64,000 nucleotides of DNA. Origin: an uncultured Chloroflexota bacterium. GTDB lineage: Bacteria > Chloroflexota > Limnocylindria > Limnocylindrales > CSP1-4. This document shows positions 59,288-64,000 of the stretch, in pieces (position 1 is the stretch's first letter; every line of letters starts with the position of its first letter). Location of the stretch: NCBI GenBank assembly GCA_903822495.1, contig CAIJPD010000055.1, positions 34,903 to 98,902 on the forward strand. The letters run 5' to 3'. Below the pieces are notes generated by a model, which was not told the DNA's origin, searched no databases, and worked only from the letters and a program-made list of their open reading frames with translations. Both the position numbers and the translations under genes were made by a program.

Positions 59288-61918
59288 ATGACCGACCTGC
59301 TCTCCCGACCCACCTCTTCCGCCGACGCCGAGCGAGCGCTTGCCGAGCGAGCGCTTGCCGAGCGAGCGCTTGCGGAGCGCCTGCTGACCGCCGACGCGCC
59401 CCAGCGCCCGCAGTCCACCCCGGTCATCCGGATCGAGGTCGACGGCCAGGTCGTGGAGGGCCGCGAAGGCCAGACCATCCTCGAGGTCTGCCGCGACAAC
59501 GGGATCGAGATCCCGACGCTCTGCTACGAGCCCAAGCTGCCGGGCTTCGGCGCCTGCCGCATGTGCGTCGTCGAGGTCGAGGGCGAGGAGCATCCGCCCA
59601 TCTCGTGCTCGCGCCACGCCGAGCCGGAGATGAAGGTCCAGACCCAGACCGAGGGCCTCCGGCGCCTCCGGAAGACCAACCTCGAGCTGATCTTCTCGGA
59701 CCACAACGCCTACTGCCTGCCGCCCTGCCAGAACAAGTGCCCCAGCCACATCGACATCCCCGGCTTCCTCAAGCAGAACGCCGAGGGCGAGTGGCGCGAG
59801 TCGGCCCGGATCTTCAAGCGCACCATCCCGTTCCCGTCCGTCCTGGGACGCGTCTGCCCCGCGCCATGCGAGGAGCACTGCCGTCGCGACGAGATCGACG
59901 AGGCCATCGCCATCCGCGACAGCCACCGGCACGCCGGCGACCAGGTCCTCAAGGCCATGCTGGACCAGGGCATCGACCCGCCCGTCCCGTTCGAGCTCCA
60001 GCCCAAGACCGGACGGCGCGCTGCCGTCATCGGCTCGGGCCCGTCCGGCATGTCCGCCGCCTACTACCTGCTGATCGCCGGCCACGACGTGACCATCTTC
60101 GAGCGCGACGCGGCCCCCGGCGGCATGCTCCGCTACGGGATCCCCCAGTACCGCCTGCCCAAGGTGGAGGTCCTGGAGGCCGAGTACGAGTCGGTGACCC
60201 GCCTGGGCGGCCGGATGGTCTGCAACCAGGAGCTGGGCAAGGACTTCTCGCTCGACGACCTGCAGAACCAGGGCTTCGACGCCGTCGTCGTCGCCATCGG
60301 CTGCTACGACAGCAACAAGCTGGGCATCCCCAACGAGGACGCGGACGGCGTCATCGACGGCCTCGAGTACCTGCGCACCGCCACCCTGGGCCTGCCCTAC
60401 CCGGACCACGCCGGCAAGCGCGTCGTCGTGATCGGCGGCGGCTTCACCTCCATGGACTGCGCCCGGACCTCGGTCCGCCAGGGCGCCGCGGAGGTCACGC
60501 TGGTCTACCGGCGCGACATGAAGGACATGCCGGCGTCCGGCGAGGTCCACGAGGCCATCGAGGAGGGGGCGCAGGCCATCTTCCAGGCCGGACCAACGCG
60601 CGTCGTCAAGGACGAGGCTTCCGGCAAGGTCACCGGCGTCGAGTTCATCCGGATGGCCCTGGGGGCACCCGACGCCTCCGGCCGACGCCGCCCGGAGCCC
60701 GCGCCCGGCACCGAGTTCGTCATCCCGTGCGACCGCGTCCTGCTGGCCATCGGCCAGGGGCCGGACCTGACCTGGATCGGCCCCGGCAACCAGGGCGTCC
60801 AGGCCGCGCGCTACCGCCTCAAGGCCGACGCGGTCACGTTCGAGACCGGCCGGACGGGCGTCTTCGCCGCCGGCGACGTCCGGGTCGGGGCCGCCACCGT
60901 GGTCCAGGCCATCGCCGAGGGCCGGCGCGCCGCCTACGCGGTCGACGCGTACCTGCAGGGCCAGGACCTCTCCGGCATCCGTGCCCGCCAGATCCTGGCG
61001 GAGCCGCAGCCCGAGTTCCTGAGCATCGTCCCCTTCACCAGCGAGGCCAAGGAGCCGCGCTATCGGATGGCGGCGATGGAGGCCGAGGAGCGCAACCGGA
61101 GCTACGTCGAGTACGAGCTGCCGTACACGCGCGAGCAGGCGGTCGCCGAATCCACCCGTTGCCTGCAGTGCACATGCGAGGCCATCGGCTTCTGCGACCT
61201 GCGGCGCATGGGCATCGAGTACGGGACCACGCTCAAGACGCTGGAGCCCGGCCACGACCACGGCGCCGGCTACCGCTCCGTGACCGAGAACCGGTTCACC
61301 GGCAGCAACCACGACTACGTGCGCGACGACAGCCACGCCTTCATCCTCCGCGAGCCGTCGCGCTGCATCGACTGCGGGCGCTGCGCCAACGTGTGCGCCG
61401 AGGTGGTGGGCGCCGCCTGCTACGACTTCATGCGGATCGGCTTCGACACCCTGGTGACGACGCCGCTCGACATGAGCCTCAACGACACCCCGTGCGTGTC
61501 GTGCGGGCGGTGCGCGGAGACGTGCCCCACCGGCGCGCTCATGCCCAAGCCGCGGATCCTCCAGAAGTACGAAGTGGACGAGAGCCGCTGCATCCTGTGC
61601 GGCATCTGCGTCGACGCGTGCCCCTACGACGCGCTGCGCGACGGCGGCGACTACGAGCTGGCGCACACCAGCCGGGCCGAGCCCACCATCGACCTGATCG
61701 CCCTCGCCGGCATCGACCGCGAGACCGAGGTGACCTACATCCGCCGCGACCAGAGCTGGCGCGATCGGGCGGCCGCGAGCGGACATCTGGTCGGCGCCGG
61801 TCGACAGCTGCCGGTCCTCCCCGCGTCCGTGACGGCGCAGCTGGGCGCGGGCAACGGACACGGCCACGACCACGGCCCGGCCGGAAGCTCCGGCACCGGC
61901 CTCGCGCGCCTCAAGTAG
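59288..61918 (+). CDS. multidomain FeS flavoprotein: NuoG-type 2Fe-2S + GltD-like FAD/NAD(P)H oxidoreductase + 4Fe-4S ferredoxin motifs + C-terminal half of NuoI
   Basis: 876 aa. Residues 45-110 carry CYEPKLPGFGACRMCVVEVEG...SC. Residues ~135-565 are GltD-like (CLPPCQNKCP, FPSVLGRVCPAPCEEHC, AAVIGSGPSGMSAAYYL, VVVIGGGFTSMDCARTS, GVFAAGDV). Residues 690-750 carry CIDCGRCANVC...CVSCGRCAETCP. Residues 755-810 read KYEVDESRCILCGICVDACPYDAL..DYELAHTSRAEPTIDL, which is NuoI-like. Confidence 0.85.
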   Translation: MTDLLSRPTSSADAERALAERALAERALAERLLTADAPQRPQSTPVIRIEVDGQVVEGREGQTILEVCRDNGIEIPTLCYEPKLPGFGACRMCVVEVEGEEHPPISCSRHAEPEMKVQTQTEGLRRLRKTNLELIFSDHNAYCLPPCQNKCPSHIDIPGFLKQNAEGEWRESARIFKRTIPFPSVLGRVCPAPCEEHCRRDEIDEAIAIRDSHRHAGDQVLKAMLDQGIDPPVPFELQPKTGRRAAVIGSGPSGMSAAYYLLIAGHDVTIFERDAAPGGMLRYGIPQYRLPKVEVLEAEYESVTRLGGRMVCNQELGKDFSLDDLQNQGFDAVVVAIGCYDSNKLGIPNEDADGVIDGLEYLRTATLGLPYPDHAGKRVVVIGGGFTSMDCARTSVRQGAAEVTLVYRRDMKDMPASGEVHEAIEEGAQAIFQAGPTRVVKDEASGKVTGVEFIRMALGAPDASGRRRPEPAPGTEFVIPCDRVLLAIGQGPDLTWIGPGNQGVQAARYRLKADAVTFETGRTGVFAAGDVRVGAATVVQAIAEGRRAAYAVDAYLQGQDLSGIRARQILAEPQPEFLSIVPFTSEAKEPRYRMAAMEAEERNRSYVEYELPYTREQAVAESTRCLQCTCEAIGFCDLRRMGIEYGTTLKTLEPGHDHGAGYRSVTENRFTGSNHDYVRDDSHAFILREPSRCIDCGRCANVCAEVVGAACYDFMRIGFDTLVTTPLDMSLNDTPCVSCGRCAETCPTGALMPKPRILQKYEVDESRCILCGICVDACPYDALRDGGDYELAHTSRAEPTIDLIALAGIDRETEVTYIRRDQSWRDRAAASGHLVGAGRQLPVLPASVTAQLGAGNGHGHDHGPAGSSGTGLARLK
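59327..59371 (+). repeat. in-frame 15-bp x3 perfect tandem repeat (AERAL)3, plus a degenerate 4th unit to 59386
   Basis: gccgagcgagcgctt at 59327, 59342 and 59357, followed by gcggagcgcctgctg. Located at codons 14-33 of the 876-aa ORF. Confidence 0.9.
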
Positions 61919-61928
61919 GGACCGAGCG

Positions 61929-62516
61929 ATGGGAGCCTGGAAGTACCTCCTCGGCACAACGCTGCTGGCCGGCATCCTGCTGACGCCCGCCCTGATCGTG
62001 ATGGGCCCGGCGGGCGGCTCCTTCGACGACGCGCTGTTCGTCGTGCTCGCCGCGCTGATGCTGGTCTCCGGGCTGGCCGTCGTGACGATGCGCGACATCA
62101 TCCGGTGCGGCCTCGCGATGATCGTCTGCTTCCTGGCCCTCGCCGGGATCTACGGGGTGGCTGGCTCGCCGCTTGTCGCCGCGGCCCAGGTGCTGGTCTA
62201 CGTGGGCGCCATCAGCGTCCTGGTCCTGTTCGCCATCATGCTGACCCAGTCGAAGCGGGCGCCGTCGCGCCTGGTCTTCCAGACCCAGGCCGGCCCGGCG
62301 GCCGTCCTGGCCGTGATCATCGCCGTGATGGTCACGCTGACCGTCACGGGTACCGCCTGGAATGAGGTCGCGGAGCGCATGCGGGTGGGGGCCAACGCCC
62401 TCGCCGCCACCCTCTTCGCCGACTACGTCCTGCCGTTCGAGATCGTGAGCGTGCTCCTCCTCATGGCCGTCGTCGGAGGGGTCTTCCTGGCCAAGCGGGA
62501 GGGGAAGGGCTCGTGA
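61929..62516 (+). CDS. nuoJ: NADH-quinone oxidoreductase subunit J
   Basis: 195 aa with about 5 TM segments. Motif [22 protein letters not shown]. Confidence 0.9.
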   Translation: MGAWKYLLGTTLLAGILLTPALIVMGPAGGSFDDALFVVLAALMLVSGLAVVTMRDIIRCGLAMIVCFLALAGIYGVAGSPLVAAAQVLVYVGAISVLVLFAIMLTQSKRAPSRLVFQTQAGPAAVLAVIIAVMVTLTVTGTAWNEVAERMRVGANALAATLFADYVLPFEIVSVLLLMAVVGGVFLAKREGKGS

Positions 62517-62830
62517 ACCTCGCGAACTCACTGGACAGCTACCTGGTGCTGTCCGGACTCCTGTTCGCCATCGGCACCTTCGGGTTCCTCGCCCGCCGGA
62601 ACGCCATCAGCATGCTGATGTCGGTTGAGCTCATGCTCAACGCCGTCAACCTGGCCATCGTCGCCTTCGGCTCGTTCATCGAGGGCCTGAAGGCCGACGG
62701 CCCCATCATCGCGCTCATGGTCATGGCGGTCGCGGCCGCCGAGGCCACCGTGGGCCTCTCCATCGTCATCGCGATCTTCCGCAACCGGAAGACCCCGCTG
62801 GTCGACGAGTACGACGCGATGTCCCGCTGA
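62513..62830 (+). CDS. nuoK: NADH-quinone oxidoreductase subunit K
   Basis: 105 aa. Motif [27 protein letters not shown], ending [21 protein letters not shown] overlap with nuoJ. Confidence 0.9.
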   Translation: MNLANSLDSYLVLSGLLFAIGTFGFLARRNAISMLMSVELMLNAVNLAIVAFGSFIEGLKADGPIIALMVMAVAAAEATVGLSIVIAIFRNRKTPLVDEYDAMSR

Positions 62831-64000
62831 TGGATGCGCTGACGCCGTACATGGACACCCTGATCCCGCTCATCGCGGTCCTCCCGATCGCGGGCTTCCT
62901 GTTCACGGCCGCCTTCGGCCCCCGGCTGGGCCACAACGCCCACCTGGTGCCGGTCGCCGCCGTGGGCGCGGCCTGGCTGATCGCCATGGCGGTGGTCTAT
63001 ACCTCGTTCACCGGCGGGTTCGGGGACGGCGGCCACCTGGTCAAGCTCTGGGAGTGGATCCCCGCCGGCAACTTCAACGTCGAGGCGGCGTTCTTCGTCG
63101 ACAACCTGACCGCGTGCCTCCTGATCGTGGTGTGCACCATCGGCCTCCTCGTGCATGTCTACTCGATCGGGTACATGGGCCACGACACGGGCTACTGGCG
63201 CTTCTTCGCCTACCTCAACCTGTTCATGTTCTCGATGCTCCTGCTGGTGCTGGCCAGCAGCTGGCTGGTCATCTTCGTGGCCTGGGAGCTGGTCGGCCTC
63301 TCGTCGTACCTGCTCATCGGGTTCTGGTACAAGAAGCGGTCCGCCGCGCTGGCCAGCAAGAAGGCCTTCCTGGTCAACCGGGTCGGCGACATCGGGTTCG
63401 CGCTCGGGATCATGGCCATCTGGGTGAACACCGGGACGCTCGACATCCGCGAGTCCATCGAGTTCCTGGTCACCCACACCGCGACCCTGCAGATCCCGAT
63501 CGCGGTGGTCGCGCTGCTCCTGTTCGCCGGCGCGATGGGCAAGAGCGCGCAGTTCCCGCTCCACGTCTGGCTGCCGGACGCGATGGAGGGCCCCACCCCG
63601 GTCTCCGCGCTGATCCACGCCGCCACGATGGTCAATGCCGGCGTCTACCTGGTCGCCCGCGCCAATCCCATCTTCGCCAGCGCCCCGCAGGCGATGGCCG
63701 TGGTGGCCGCGATCGGCATCTTCACCGCGCTCTTCGCGGCGAGCATCGCGCTGACCCAGACCGACATCAAGCGCGTGCTGGCCTACTCCACGCTGTCGCA
63801 GCTGGGCTACATGTTCGCGGCCCTGGGCGTGGGCGCCTGGACCGCCGCGATCTTCCACCTGATGACCCACGGCTTCTTCAAGGGCCTCCTCTTCCTGGGC
63901 TCCGGCTCCGTGATCCACGCGGTCCACGAGGAGCAGGACATGCGCAGGATGGGCGCACTGGCAAAGAAGATCCCGCACACCTACCGGACCATGCTGATCG
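62830..64000 (+). CDS. nuoL: NADH-quinone oxidoreductase subunit L (3-prime truncated by window end)
   Basis: Own translation from the ATG at 62830 (overlapping the nuoK TGA): [25 protein letters not shown]...HVYSIGYMGHDTGYWRFFAYLNLFMFSMLLLVLASSWLVIFVAWELVGLSSYLLIGFWY. The frame stays open to the window edge. It is absent from the ORF track because no stop is reached. Confidence 0.9.
   Translation, partial: MDALTPYMDTLIPLIAVLPIAGFLFTAAFGPRLGHNAHLVPVAAVGAAWLIAMAVVYTSFTGGFGDGGHLVKLWEWIPAGNFNVEAAFFVDNLTACLLIVVCTIGLLVHVYSIGYMGHDTGYWRFFAYLNLFMFSMLLLVLASSWLVIFVAWELVGLSSYLLIGFWYKKRSAALASKKAFLVNRVGDIGFALGIMAIWVNTGTLDIRESIEFLVTHTATLQIPIAVVALLLFAGAMGKSAQFPLHVWLPDAMEGPTPVSALIHAATMVNAGVYLVARANPIFASAPQAMAVVAAIGIFTALFAASIALTQTDIKRVLAYSTLSQLGYMFAALGVGAWTAAIFHLMTHGFFKGLLFLGSGSVIHAVHEEQDMRRMGALAKKIPHTYRTMLI

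Noticed and set aside
59273-62101. 942-aa minus-strand ORF opposite the 876-aa nuo flavoprotein gene
   Set aside because: The plus-strand frame carries multiple canonical FeS, FAD and NAD(P)H motifs. The minus-strand translation is low complexity.

Overview
High-GC bacterial chromosomal window (G+C not computed). It holds about 60 credible protein genes, tightly packed, with many 4-nt stop/start overlaps. I recognised no rRNA, tRNA, CRISPR array, integrase or transposase. Most long ORFs in the track that lie antisense to or out of frame with these genes are GC-driven artefacts. Lineage hints (HspR with a HAIR-like operator, an F420-type LLM oxidoreductase, paired TrkA/CeoBC-like genes, apparently leaderless promoters) suggest an Actinomycetota- or Chloroflexota-like organism, but this cannot be resolved here. 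Blocks: (i) 20-15773, a mostly minus-strand catabolic island. It carries a NitT/TauT ABC importer, an isochorismatase-type hydrolase, an acyl-CoA synthetase coupled to a UbiD decarboxylase, an LLM oxidoreductase, two tandem Asp/Glu-racemase-superfamily paralogs, a three-subunit Mo-bisPGD enzyme without a Tat signal preceded by a MoaD-like gene, a crotonase and a thioesterase. (ii) 15770-21299: three hypothetical genes (one with a PD-(D/E)XK-like motif), acyP, holB and a NYN-domain protein with a ~600-aa Arg/Gly-rich repeat tail. (iii) 21816-27586: Liv-type branched-chain amino acid ABC transporter. (iv) 27668-33738: hpt operon, csoR with a perfect operator, rsmG, a phosphoesterase, usp and a trkA pair. 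(v) 33955-41285: hspR-lon-J protein-clpB heat-shock cluster. (vi) 41626-50532: NUDIX, MFS, methyltransferase, cupin, purH, glpX, folK. (vii) 50616-64000: a MidA/NDUFAF7-type methyltransferase operon followed by a non-canonical nuo operon. The strongest finding is in that operon. Its gene order is nuoA-B-C-D-H, then a half-NuoI fused to a NuoE N-domain, then a divergent NuoF, then an 876-aa protein combining a NuoG-type 2Fe-2S domain, a GltD-like FAD/NAD(P)H domain and ferredoxin motifs and ending in the missing half of NuoI, then nuoJ-K-L. NuoI therefore appears to be split around an unusual two-flavoprotein electron-input module.
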